IMG/VR virus record: IMGVR_UViG_3300031834_000002
Coordinates: 1 to 64,000 of that record
Strand: one strand, 5' to 3'
DNA: 64,000 bases
DNA from: a virus
The notes beneath the pieces were generated by a model. The model did not search any database, was not told the DNA's origin, and saw only the letters and a program-made list of their open reading frames with translations. Position 1 is the stretch's first letter, and every line of letters starts with the position of its first letter. Shown here piece by piece: positions 19,810 to 29,545 of the stretch. Made by a program: the position numbers and the translations under genes.

Positions 19810-20239
19810 TATGATTTTGATATTGTTGATGATGTTTTTTACAACTCTTTTTAAAGGATGTAATCCTTCTATTCCTACAGATATAAAAATCTCAAATCCT
19901 CCTATTATAGAATCTAAACCAATTGAACCACAAAATAGAACAATTGTTCCAAATAATAGAACAGATTATCCTTATGTTTATAATGGATATTTATATACAA
20001 AATTAAGAATCGTTGCTATTAAAGATATTAAAAGAATAGATTTAGAAGAATTTGGGATTAAATATTTTACAATTACATGGCAAACTGATAGATATACAAT
20101 GGGTATATTTACGATGTCTGATGAAGATTTTAAAAAAATAGAAGTTGAATTGTTAGGGGGCACTTATGCCAAAAAGTCCGAAGAACAAAAAAAGAAAGAA
20201 TCCGAGAAATCTATAATCGATAAAATTTTTAGGAGATAA
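19796..20239 (+). CDS. putative lipoprotein
   Basis: hydrophobic N-terminus ending LFKGC, then a Pro-rich linker. Confidence 0.5.
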   Translation: MKTNNMILILLMMFFTTLFKGCNPSIPTDIKISNPPIIESKPIEPQNRTIVPNNRTDYPYVYNGYLYTKLRIVAIKDIKRIDLEEFGIKYFTITWQTDRYTMGIFTMSDEDFKKIEVELLGGTYAKKSEEQKKKESEKSIIDKIFRR

Positions 20240-20893
20240 ATGTCAAAAAAATTTAAACGTCTATTAAAAAATATTAGATTTTCGGTAGAGTTGGAAGTTG
20301 AATTTCCAAATACCAAAGATAGCCAAAAATTAATTGCCAAACATAGAATTATTAGAGGTTGGGCTATTGATTACGACGGAAGTTTATCGAATGGTGCAGA
20401 GTATCGTCCAAAAGATAGAAATAAACTTTTCTGGAATGAAGATTGTTTTGACCAGATAAAAGAAATTATTGGTCTTATTAAAGCACACAGAGGTAAAATT
20501 ATTCCTACTACTTGTGGACTTCATGTTCATATAGATATGTCTAAATTTTCTAATAAAGAAATAATTAATATTATTAAATTATTTATTAAAAAACAACCTA
20601 AAATATTTAGACAATTTAGAATTATTCCATCAAGAAAAGATTATGCTCAAAGAATTCCTAAAAAAGCATCGAATGAAGTTACTATGGATGTAATAAAAAA
20701 ATTACGAACTCACGAACAATTACAATATGAAGAAGGATTTATAGGCGATAGACATTATGCTCTTAATGTTTTAGCTTTAAATGCTCATTCCACACTTGAA
20801 TGGAGAATTTTTAATGGTAGTTTAAAGATTAATAAGATAAAAGAAGCGATAAAATTTGCTTTACAATTCTGTATAAAACACGCAAAAGGATAA
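20240..20893 (+). CDS. putative amidoligase (COOH-NH2 ligase fold)
   Basis: VELEVE, DGSL...AE, CGLHVHID, Y.LN, TLEWR.FNG. Confidence 0.8.
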   Translation: MSKKFKRLLKNIRFSVELEVEFPNTKDSQKLIAKHRIIRGWAIDYDGSLSNGAEYRPKDRNKLFWNEDCFDQIKEIIGLIKAHRGKIIPTTCGLHVHIDMSKFSNKEIINIIKLFIKKQPKIFRQFRIIPSRKDYAQRIPKKASNEVTMDVIKKLRTHEQLQYEEGFIGDRHYALNVLALNAHSTLEWRIFNGSLKINKIKEAIKFALQFCIKHAKG

Positions 20894-20894
20894 A

Positions 20895-21269
20895 ATGATA
20901 GATACTATTTGGACGTTAAAACAAATTTTTGGAGCATTATTAATTTTTACTTCTATATTTGATGCGATTAAATATTCTTTGCAAGCACGAAAAATTTGGA
21001 AGATACAGTCGGCTAAAGCAATGTCTCGAAAATTTATTAATTTTGCTATTATGAATGATGTTGTAAAATTAACATACGGTATAATTATTTATGATTGTTA
21101 TATTATAGTTTCGTCTATATTGGCATTAGGTTGTATGTTTGATTTATTTTATACAATTTATTTATGGTATCCTTATAGACATCGTGGTTTGCTTAATTTT
21201 AAACGTCCTAATCTTTTATTATATACTTGGAATAGTATTCAACCAAATAAAATCCGTAGGAGACTTTAA
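20895..21269 (+). CDS. PQ-loop/SemiSWEET-like three-TM protein
   Basis: Q..KI.K.QSA..MS, YGI..; three hydrophobic helices. Confidence 0.6.
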   Translation: MIDTIWTLKQIFGALLIFTSIFDAIKYSLQARKIWKIQSAKAMSRKFINFAIMNDVVKLTYGIIIYDCYIIVSSILALGCMFDLFYTIYLWYPYRHRGLLNFKRPNLLLYTWNSIQPNKIRRRL

Positions 21270-21271
21270 TT

Positions 21272-21916
21272 ATGGTATTTATTATATTACTAATTATAAT
21301 AATTTTTTCAATTGCGATGCATGAATTAGGACATCTTTTTATGGCTCTTTTATGTAGAATGAAGGTAGAAGCATTTTCACTTGGCTTTGGTCGTATATTA
21401 TTAAAGAAGAAAATAAAAGATATTGAATTCAGATTATCTCTTATTCCGTTAGGAGGATATTGTAAATTATATGGAGAAACTAAAAAAGATAAAGATGGAT
21501 TTTTAAATCAAAGATATAGTAAGAAATTTTTAGTATTAATTGCAGGTGTAACAGTGAATTTTATAATTGCATGTATTTGTTACTATTTTAATTATAAAGA
21601 TATTTTATTTGGAATAAAATTCGATTTATTATTGTATAAATTAGCTTTTTTAAAAGATATTCAACATCAAATAATAATATTAACATTTAATGATTCGAAT
21701 ATAATTTTAACCCAATTAAGTCTGATTAATTTAGGATGTGCGATATTTAATTTATTACCTATTCCTTCTTTAGACGGAGGACATATAGTTTATTTATGGA
21801 TGGAAAAAGTATGGAAAGAAAAATTCGAAATTTATTATGCAATAATGAATAAAATAAGTTTTACTTTATTAAACTTATTACAAATAGCATTTATATATTT
21901 TTATTGGTTAAAATAA
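21272..21916 (+). CDS. site-2 (M50, RseP-like) intramembrane metalloprotease without PDZ
   Basis: HELGH, FSLGFG, IPLGGY, AG...N, NLLPIPSLDGGH. Confidence 0.92.
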   Translation: MVFIILLIIIIFSIAMHELGHLFMALLCRMKVEAFSLGFGRILLKKKIKDIEFRLSLIPLGGYCKLYGETKKDKDGFLNQRYSKKFLVLIAGVTVNFIIACICYYFNYKDILFGIKFDLLLYKLAFLKDIQHQIIILTFNDSNIILTQLSLINLGCAIFNLLPIPSLDGGHIVYLWMEKVWKEKFEIYYAIMNKISFTLLNLLQIAFIYFYWLK

Positions 21917-21929
21917 GGAGGAATTTAAA

Positions 21930-22076
21930 ATGAAATTTACAGAATTAGGAACTCTAATTATCAGAAAATTTTTATGTGTTATATTTAAACACCGATTTAT
22001 TGATGATATTGTTACTCGTTATCCAGATTATTCTCATATAAATTATTGTGTTAAATGTGGTAAGATTAAAGGATAA
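21930..22076 (+). CDS. DUF1660-like C..H/CxxC microprotein (48 aa, not in track)
   Basis: AGGAGG RBS; LCVIFKH...CVKCG. Confidence 0.55.
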   Translation: MKFTELGTLIIRKFLCVIFKHRFIDDIVTRYPDYSHINYCVKCGKIKG

Positions 22077-22077
22077 A

Positions 22078-23253
22078 ATGAAGAAAAATTTAAAATATCT
22101 TTTTATATTAAGTGCTTTTATTTATTTTGCACAAGGGTTTGAGGGAATTGTAAATTTACCTCTTTTCTTTTATCTTAAAGAACATTTACATTTATCTCCA
22201 CAGAAAATAATGTATATTTCTTCTATTATAACATTAGTTTGGTTAATCAAACCTGTATTCGGATATATTATCGACCAATATTTTAATAAGAAGATATGGA
22301 TAATTTACTCATTAATAGGAAGTATTTTTATATCTTTATATTTTGGACTATCTCCATTACTAACTTTACCTTTAATTTTAGTTGGAGCGACTTTAGGAAG
22401 TTATTTTACTGCTACAAGAGATATTGCAAATGATGGGTTGGCTTGTTGTGAAGGAAAAGAAAGCAATACATGTGATATTTTTCAAAATGTGCAATGGACT
22501 TCTTTGACTATTGCAGGAATAATTACAAGTCTTGCAGGTGGATTTATAGCAGACCATCTAAATTATAAATTTGCTTATTTATGTTTACTTCCAATTTATT
22601 TAATTATATTAGTTATCATCTCTAAATATTCAAGTCGTCAACAAGTTGTCAACAAAAAACAAAAATTATTGCCTACTATATTATCATATAAAGAATTATT
22701 CACTAATAAAGCATTTTTATTAGGAGGTTTATTTATATTTCTATTTAATTTTAATCCTTCATTTGGAACACCTTTGCAATTTATAGAAAGAGATGTTTTT
22801 AAATGGTCAGGAAGTTTTATGGGAATTATCGGAGCAATTGCTTCTGGTATTAGTATTATAGGGTCTATTATTTATTATAAATTCAGTAAAAAACTTGATA
22901 TTCAAAAAATATTATATTGGTCTGTATTTATTGGTGTTTTAACAACTCTCTGTTATCTTTATTTTACACCTATTAGTGCAATTATTTACACTTGCATATT
23001 CAGTGTATTAGGAATGTTTATTTTTCTTAATCTTATGACATTTATGGCTCGTTCTACTATTAAAGGAAAAGAATCTACTTCATTTGCTTTATTTTGTTCT
23101 ATCTCTAATTTAGCAGGAACTTGTTCGACATTAGTAGGTGCATGGCTTTTTCCACTTATAGGATTGAAATGGCTTATAATTATATCAGCAATTACTTCGT
23201 TCTTTTGTTTACCTTTGATAAAATATCTTAAATTGGAGGCTAATAATTCGTGA
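22078..23253 (+). CDS. MFS transporter, BT1 (folate-biopterin) family-like
   Basis: about 12 TM helices, YFAQG, W.IKP.FG...D, D...DGL, G.E...FAL..S..NL. Confidence 0.75.
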   Translation: MKKNLKYLFILSAFIYFAQGFEGIVNLPLFFYLKEHLHLSPQKIMYISSIITLVWLIKPVFGYIIDQYFNKKIWIIYSLIGSIFISLYFGLSPLLTLPLILVGATLGSYFTATRDIANDGLACCEGKESNTCDIFQNVQWTSLTIAGIITSLAGGFIADHLNYKFAYLCLLPIYLIILVIISKYSSRQQVVNKKQKLLPTILSYKELFTNKAFLLGGLFIFLFNFNPSFGTPLQFIERDVFKWSGSFMGIIGAIASGISIIGSIIYYKFSKKLDIQKILYWSVFIGVLTTLCYLYFTPISAIIYTCIFSVLGMFIFLNLMTFMARSTIKGKESTSFALFCSISNLAGTCSTLVGAWLFPLIGLKWLIIISAITSFFCLPLIKYLKLEANNS

Positions 23254-23530
23254 GAACTAAAAAAGAAATTCATAAAATTATAAAAGAACTTGAAAAACAA
23301 TGGTTACAAAGTCCATATTTAAGATTATCTCAATTTCTATCTAATGCTATTAGCGATGAAGATTTTTTCTACTATATGGAAGATAAAGATTTAATTAATA
23401 AGTTAAAAATATATATTAAAAATCATGGATATAAATAATGAAAAAAGATATATTTTGCAAGACTTGTAAAAGAAATTTACCTAATAAAAATATGAAAACA
23501 ATTAAAGGTTGCGTTTGGTGCGATATAAAA

Positions 23531-23592
23531 TTTTGGTATAGTAAGAATATTAAAAAGAAACCATTGACTTCTATAATAAAATGTGATATACT
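23531..23592 (+). promoter_or_regulatory. class B promoter for replication genes with upstream operator copy
   Basis: TTGACT (23564)-17 bp-TATACT (23587); TTTTGGTATAGTA at 23531-23543 is identical to 3908-3920. Confidence 0.8.
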
Positions 23593-23834
23593 CTAATCAA
23601 AGAATGACAAATAGGAGGTATGATGCCAAAGTTAAAAGCTATAAAAAAGATAATAAAATCTCCATGTTATTGTTGTAATCCAACAGGCAAATCAACAAAA
23701 AAATCTGGATGTAAAATTTGTCATACTACCAGACAATACAAAGATTATCATTATTATTACATCTATATTGGACAAGATGGAAAAAAATACTGTATTGATG
23801 GAGATAGTCTTAAATAAAATTATTAAGGAGAATA

Positions 23835-25769
23835 ATGAATAAACAAATCATTGAAAATTATTTAGTAGATTATTTAAGAAAAAAAGATATTAAATTAAAG
23901 AAGGTAGGACAAGTTTTACAATTACAATGCCCTACATGTAAAAAAGAATTTTCGGCTATTATACCTCCAAAATGTTCATTTGTTAATTGTTTTGCGTGTA
24001 ATGCTAAGCGACAGACAATATTCGATATAGTTAAAATTGAATATCCTACATATACAGATGATGATGTTGTTCAACATGTTAAAGAAACTTTGAATTTAAA
24101 CATTACAACGCAAAAAGATAAAGATTCTATAATTGAAATTTTACAATTTTATAAAACTAATAATTTAGATTTGGTTGCTGTAGCAAAAGATAAAAAAATT
24201 CCTATAGAAAATGATTGGACGCATAAAATTCATACAGATGCCGAAGAATGGCAAAGATGGTTGGACGATGGTATTAATATAGGAATAAAAACAGGCAAAC
24301 AATCTAATATTACAATTATTGATGTAGATATAAAACCAGTGCCTAAAGAAATACTTGATTTAATAGGAGATACTTATACATTAGAAACATCCAAAGGATT
24401 TCAATATTATTACAAATATGTAGAAGATTTACCTAAAACAAGAATTAATGAATTAAAGATAGATATAGAAAACGATGGTGGACAATGCGTAGCTTATCCT
24501 TCAATAGTAGAAGGTGTGCAACGAAAAGTTATTAATTTTAAACCTATTTTAGAAATGCCAATAGAATTACATAATTATTTAAAACAAAAAGTTACTGTGC
24601 CATTAAAATCATTTAGTGAAAAATTAAAAGAAGATATACAAACTGAAAATTTTAATCTTAATCTTTTAGGTGAAGGAGAACGTAATACGAGTTTAATTAA
24701 ACTTGGAGGGCTTTTACGAAAAGAATTAAATAGCGAACAAACGGAACGAGTTTTAAATATTTTAAATCGCCATATTTGTTCTAATCCTCTTTCTCAAAAA
24801 GAATTAAATGCTATGGTTAAATCACTTGCTCGTTATACAGAATTTGATGAAAAGGAATTAGCCCATAGAGTATTAACTTATTTAAAAGATGTAGAAGAAG
24901 CAGGAAGAACAGAAATTTGTTCAGCAATTATGGGGACTAATAGAGGAGAAGAAAAAAGACGTATAGATAAAGTATTAAATTATTTAGTAAAAGAACAATA
25001 TATACTTAAAAAAGGTAATCATTATGGTATAATTAAAAAATTAGATTGGAAAGAAGGATTAATTGATATTGGTATTCCTATAAAATTCAAAATGCCTTAT
25101 TTCGATGATGTTGCTCATTTTAATTATGAAGATATGATTGTTATTGGTGCTCGTAATAAGGTAGGAAAAACACATCTTGCAATCAACATAGTTAAACAAT
25201 TAGTCGAACAAGGGATTACTCCTCATTTAATTAATTTAGAAAAAGGTGGCAGATTTGCTAAAATTGCGTTACGATTAGGTTTAAAAGAAGGAGATTTTAA
25301 ACATGCTTTTTGTGCTGACCCAACTCAAATTGAATTAGAAAAAAATGCAATTACTATTATAGATTGGTTACTTATAGAAAATAAAGCAGAAACAGATGTT
25401 GTTATGCGACATTTTGTAGAACAATTAGATAAACAAAACGGATTTTTAATAGTATTTCAACAACTTAAAACTGATAATTCCTATTTTGCTCCTAACATGG
25501 CAACTCAATTTCCAGCATTTGCAACTCGTTATATTTATGATGATGATAATGATGGAACTTATGGAAAATTTAAAATAGATGTTATTCGTGAACCTAAAGG
25601 AAAAATTAAGAATTTTAAAAATTGGGAAATTCCTTGTTTTTACAATGAGCAAACAAAAGAATTAAAACGTATAGATGAATTAGATTCAAAAGATAGACCA
25701 TCATCAGAAAATAATAATATTAAAATAAATGATATTAATATAGAAGAAAAACAAATAGGTAATAATTAA
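23835..25769 (+). CDS. primase-polymerase/helicase fusion
   Basis: Zn finger CPTC..CFAC, Prim-Pol NIGIKTG..IIDVD, PriCT-like GERN, Walker A GARNKVGKT. Confidence 0.85.
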   Translation: MNKQIIENYLVDYLRKKDIKLKKVGQVLQLQCPTCKKEFSAIIPPKCSFVNCFACNAKRQTIFDIVKIEYPTYTDDDVVQHVKETLNLNITTQKDKDSIIEILQFYKTNNLDLVAVAKDKKIPIENDWTHKIHTDAEEWQRWLDDGINIGIKTGKQSNITIIDVDIKPVPKEILDLIGDTYTLETSKGFQYYYKYVEDLPKTRINELKIDIENDGGQCVAYPSIVEGVQRKVINFKPILEMPIELHNYLKQKVTVPLKSFSEKLKEDIQTENFNLNLLGEGERNTSLIKLGGLLRKELNSEQTERVLNILNRHICSNPLSQKELNAMVKSLARYTEFDEKELAHRVLTYLKDVEEAGRTEICSAIMGTNRGEEKRRIDKVLNYLVKEQYILKKGNHYGIIKKLDWKEGLIDIGIPIKFKMPYFDDVAHFNYEDMIVIGARNKVGKTHLAINIVKQLVEQGITPHLINLEKGGRFAKIALRLGLKEGDFKHAFCADPTQIELEKNAITIIDWLLIENKAETDVVMRHFVEQLDKQNGFLIVFQQLKTDNSYFAPNMATQFPAFATRYIYDDDNDGTYGKFKIDVIREPKGKIKNFKNWEIPCFYNEQTKELKRIDELDSKDRPSSENNNIKINDINIEEKQIGNN

Positions 25770-25770
25770 A

Positions 25771-26322
25771 ATGATTAATAAACTTATATGGGATATTAAA
25801 AAAGTAGAGAATAGATTTAACATTAAGTTAAAACGCAATACACAAGTATTGGGTATCGATACAGCTTCGAAATCTGGTTATTGTATTGCTAAGACAGACG
25901 AAAAGAAATTGATATTAGAGATTGGATTTGTAAATATAAATGTATCGCAAATTAAAGATAGAGACACCAGACATGAAATGTTATATAATGCTATATATGA
26001 AGCGTTTAATGGATTAATCGCTTCACAATTCGATACAGTTGTTATTGAAAATGTATTTCATAGTTTTAATCCCGATACTACAATTTTACTTTCTCGTTTT
26101 GGTGGTATAATTTACAGTATTTGCAAGGCAAAACAAATTAAAAATATTATATGGAAATCGGCTTCGCAAGCAAGAAAAGTATTAGGAATTAATCAAAAAT
26201 GTCCAAAAGGTAAAGCAAAAGAAACCATTGTAAAAAGAGTTAATAAAAAATTAGATACTCATATTACAAATAATGATGAAATAGACGCAATCGTTTTGGC
26301 ATTAGTAGGATTAATAAAATGA
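25771..26322 (+). CDS. RuvC-like Holliday junction resolvase
   Basis: LGIDTA..SGY, VVIE, DEIDAI. Confidence 0.8.
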   Translation: MINKLIWDIKKVENRFNIKLKRNTQVLGIDTASKSGYCIAKTDEKKLILEIGFVNINVSQIKDRDTRHEMLYNAIYEAFNGLIASQFDTVVIENVFHSFNPDTTILLSRFGGIIYSICKAKQIKNIIWKSASQARKVLGINQKCPKGKAKETIVKRVNKKLDTHITNNDEIDAIVLALVGLIK

Positions 26323-26976
26323 ATAATCTTTGGCAAATCACTATAGAACAATATCTCGAAATTATAGAACTTGCAAAACAACATGGTAAAAAAGAAGGCG
26401 ATAGTATGCAAGAAGAATTTAATGAAATTATGAAAAAATATAAAATTAAATCTTTAGGAACTACAAATAAAGACATTGATGATTTAACTGGAGATTTAAG
26501 AGAAAATGGAATAAAAGTATTAAATTTAAAAGAAATAGAACGAAGAAAGAAAAATAATGAAAAAGAAATATAAAATAAAGAAAACAAAAACTCTAATCAA
26601 AAAATTACAGATATTTTTAAACCGCTATCGAACTGTAGAAACTATATATTACGAGTTATTAGAACAAGTAGAAAAAGATATGAAATTAGTTACAGGTATA
26701 AAAGATATTGAATTTTTCTTTTGTGATGGAGAATTCTCAGGAATTGGAAATACTTCACGAACTATGGAATTAATTCATAGACATGAATTAGAAGAAGGAG
26801 ATATAGATGAAGAAAAAAATTAAATATTTATCTAAATGTTGTAAAACAGAAATTATTACGATTATGTCTCCAGATTTTATAGGAGACGATACAAAGACAA
26901 TGAGAGTAGGAACTTGTCATTTCGGATGTAATAAATGTGGTAAACCATGTGATATTATACAAAGGAGAAAGAAATA

Positions 26977-28026
26977 ATGGGCAGACATCCAAAGGATTGT
27001 AATTGTGAAAATTGTAAAAAAGATAATAAAGAAGAAATAAAACAACCTATACAATCAGAACAAAATAAAGATTTTGAACATCTTATGAAAGAATATGAAA
27101 ATAAATACAATGCCAAACCTGCTTCAAAAATTGTTATTCTTCCTAAAATCAGAACAGGAATATATGCCCTCGATTATGTATTATCAGGAGGTATTGCCCA
27201 ATGCGAAGGAGGTCATAAGATAGAGTTTCATGGTAGAGAATCTTCTGGTAAAACTACTATGGCTTTAAAAGTTATCTCCAAATATCAAGAATTAAATAAA
27301 ACCTGTGTTTTTATAAATGCCGAAAATTCATATGACCCTCAATGGGCAGAAATTAATGGAGTAAATAATGAAAAATTATTAGTCCTTAAACCCGACACTC
27401 TTGAACAAGCAGGAGATATATTAATAGATTTAATTCCTAAAGTTGATTTGATAGTTATTGATAGTATTATTGCACTCATTCCTGCCGAAGAATTAGAAGG
27501 GTCTTTAGAAGATAAACATATGGCAAGTTCGGCAAAAATAAATGCTCCTTTATGTAGAAGAATTAATCAGACATATAAAGATTTTAAGACAACTATTATT
27601 TTTATTAATCAGATAAGAGAAAAGGTTGGAATTATGTATGGCAACCCAGAAACTACAAGTGGTGGGCGTGCATTACGTCATCTTTATGATACTACTGTAG
27701 AGATAAAAACAGGAAAATCTATAGAAATATCTGTAGAAGGTCTGGATAAAAAAGAACGAATAGGAAACGAAACCATATTAATTAATAAAAAAAATAAAAA
27801 AGGAGTTCCTTTTAGACAAACTATTGTCGATTTTTACTTAACAGGTATTCTGGACAATCGCAAATCTTTACTTTATGCAGGTATTAAATTCGGAATTATT
27901 AAGTTAATGGGTAATACTTATAGTTATAAAGATATAAAAGCAGTAGGAAAAGATAAATTTGGAGAACTTTTAACGGATAAAATGTTAAAAGAAATTGAAG
28001 ACGATATTTGGAAATCTCAACCATGA
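26977..28026 (+). CDS. recA: RecA-family recombinase
   Basis: TG...LD..L.GG, GRESSGKTT, IVIDSI.AL.P..E, FINQIREKVG.MYGNPETTSGGRAL. Confidence 0.92.
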   Translation: MGRHPKDCNCENCKKDNKEEIKQPIQSEQNKDFEHLMKEYENKYNAKPASKIVILPKIRTGIYALDYVLSGGIAQCEGGHKIEFHGRESSGKTTMALKVISKYQELNKTCVFINAENSYDPQWAEINGVNNEKLLVLKPDTLEQAGDILIDLIPKVDLIVIDSIIALIPAEELEGSLEDKHMASSAKINAPLCRRINQTYKDFKTTIIFINQIREKVGIMYGNPETTSGGRALRHLYDTTVEIKTGKSIEISVEGLDKKERIGNETILINKKNKKGVPFRQTIVDFYLTGILDNRKSLLYAGIKFGIIKLMGNTYSYKDIKAVGKDKFGELLTDKMLKEIEDDIWKSQP

Positions 28027-28637
28027 AAAAAATATATTATTGTATAGATTGTAGAAAACAACTTACAGCAACAAATCCTATAAAGAGATGTCGAAAATGT
28101 CATTATAAGTATCAAGTTAAAGAAAATAATCCTAATTGGAAAAATCTTCCTATTTTATTATGTATTGATTGTGGTAAAGAATTATGTAAAAGTGCACGTG
28201 CTATGAAATGTATAAGATGCGATAAATGTTCGATTTTATTTCAATTAAAAGGAAATCCTGAAAATCATCCAAGATTTAAAACACATCATACAGAAGCAAC
28301 AAAACAAAAAATAAGTATTAAAGCTAAAAAAAGGTTAGAAGACCCTACTAATCATCCAATGTGGCAAGGTGGGCTTTCAAAATTGCCTTATCCTATCATT
28401 TTTAACAATAAATTAAAAACAGAAATTAGAGAACGTGATAATTATAAATGTAAAAAATGTAATATTACAGAAAAAGAAAATAAACAATTATTAGATATTC
28501 ATCATATTGATTATAATAAAACTAATTGTAAACCAGAAAATTTGGTCAGTGTATGTCATAAATGTAATAGCGAAGTAAATGCTAATAGAGATTATTGGTT
28601 CGCATATTTTAATTATATTGTAAAGGAGGTGATATAA
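28023..28637 (+). CDS. HNH homing endonuclease (CxxC and NUMOD3 modules)
   Basis: HHTEATKQKIS, IRERDNY.C..C, HHIDY.K.N....NL...C..CN. Confidence 0.85.
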   Translation: MKKIYYCIDCRKQLTATNPIKRCRKCHYKYQVKENNPNWKNLPILLCIDCGKELCKSARAMKCIRCDKCSILFQLKGNPENHPRFKTHHTEATKQKISIKAKKRLEDPTNHPMWQGGLSKLPYPIIFNNKLKTEIRERDNYKCKKCNITEKENKQLLDIHHIDYNKTNCKPENLVSVCHKCNSEVNANRDYWFAYFNYIVKEVI

Positions 28638-28913
28638 TTGGAAAATCCAGAAATAACACCAATACCAATTAAGATACCAGAAGTTATTAGATTACAAGGG
28701 TTTAAAATTGAAGTTAGGCGAAGTGCTAATCCAGATGGTCAACTTCAATCTTTGGAAAAAGCTCTTAAAATTTTAAAGAGAAAACTTGAAAAAGATGGAG
28801 TTTTAAGAGAAATTAAGGAAAGAAAATGTTTTATAAAGCCATCTATGATAGAACATATTCGTGTAGGTAAAATAGAACGATTAAATGAATTAAATAGGAA
28901 AAAATTATTATGA
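28638..28913 (+). CDS. rpsU: ribosomal protein bS21 homolog
   Basis: LEKALK.LKRK.EKDGVLREIKERK.F.KPS; TTG start with AGGAGGTG RBS. Confidence 0.8.
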   Translation: MENPEITPIPIKIPEVIRLQGFKIEVRRSANPDGQLQSLEKALKILKRKLEKDGVLREIKERKCFIKPSMIEHIRVGKIERLNELNRKKLL

Positions 28914-29545
28914 TTTATTGGACATCAGATTGGCACATAAACCATGCTAACGCAATAAAATACTGTGGCAGGACTATATATATGAACGAAGAAGAATTAT
29001 CTATATATAATCTTTTGAAAGATAAACCAATGCATGAACAGAAACAATTTAAAATAAGCAAGGAATCTGTCGATAAAATGAATCAGGATATAATCTATCG
29101 TTGTAATGAACGAGTTAAAGAAGAAGATACTTTATTTTTTGTAGGAGATTTAGGGTTTAAATCTGGCACAGGACGAGGAGAAGGCGAACCAGAAAAATTG
29201 CAAAAATATATTTCTCAAATTAACTGCAAGAATATTATTTGGATAGAAGGCAATCATGATTATGCAGGAAGAAATGGTTTCAAAACTATAATAAGAAAAG
29301 TAATTGTTCATTATGGCGGAATGGATATTTGTATTGTTCATGACCCCAAATTTGCAGATATTAGATATAAATTGAATTTAGTTGGTCATGTGCATAATAA
29401 TTGGCTAATTTCGAGAATAGAAAAAGGAGAATTATTTACAAACTGCTATAATGTTGGCGTAGATATGCATAATTTTTATCCCATAGACTTTAATAAAATA
29501 ATGAAAAATTTAACAAAAGGAGAGAAAGAAAATGAAATTACTTAA
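28910..29545 (+). CDS. calcineurin-like metallophosphoesterase
   Basis: SDWH, GD, GNHD, HDP, GHVH, NVGVD. Confidence 0.88.
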   Translation: MIYWTSDWHINHANAIKYCGRTIYMNEEELSIYNLLKDKPMHEQKQFKISKESVDKMNQDIIYRCNERVKEEDTLFFVGDLGFKSGTGRGEGEPEKLQKYISQINCKNIIWIEGNHDYAGRNGFKTIIRKVIVHYGGMDICIVHDPKFADIRYKLNLVGHVHNNWLISRIEKGELFTNCYNVGVDMHNFYPIDFNKIMKNLTKGEKENEIT

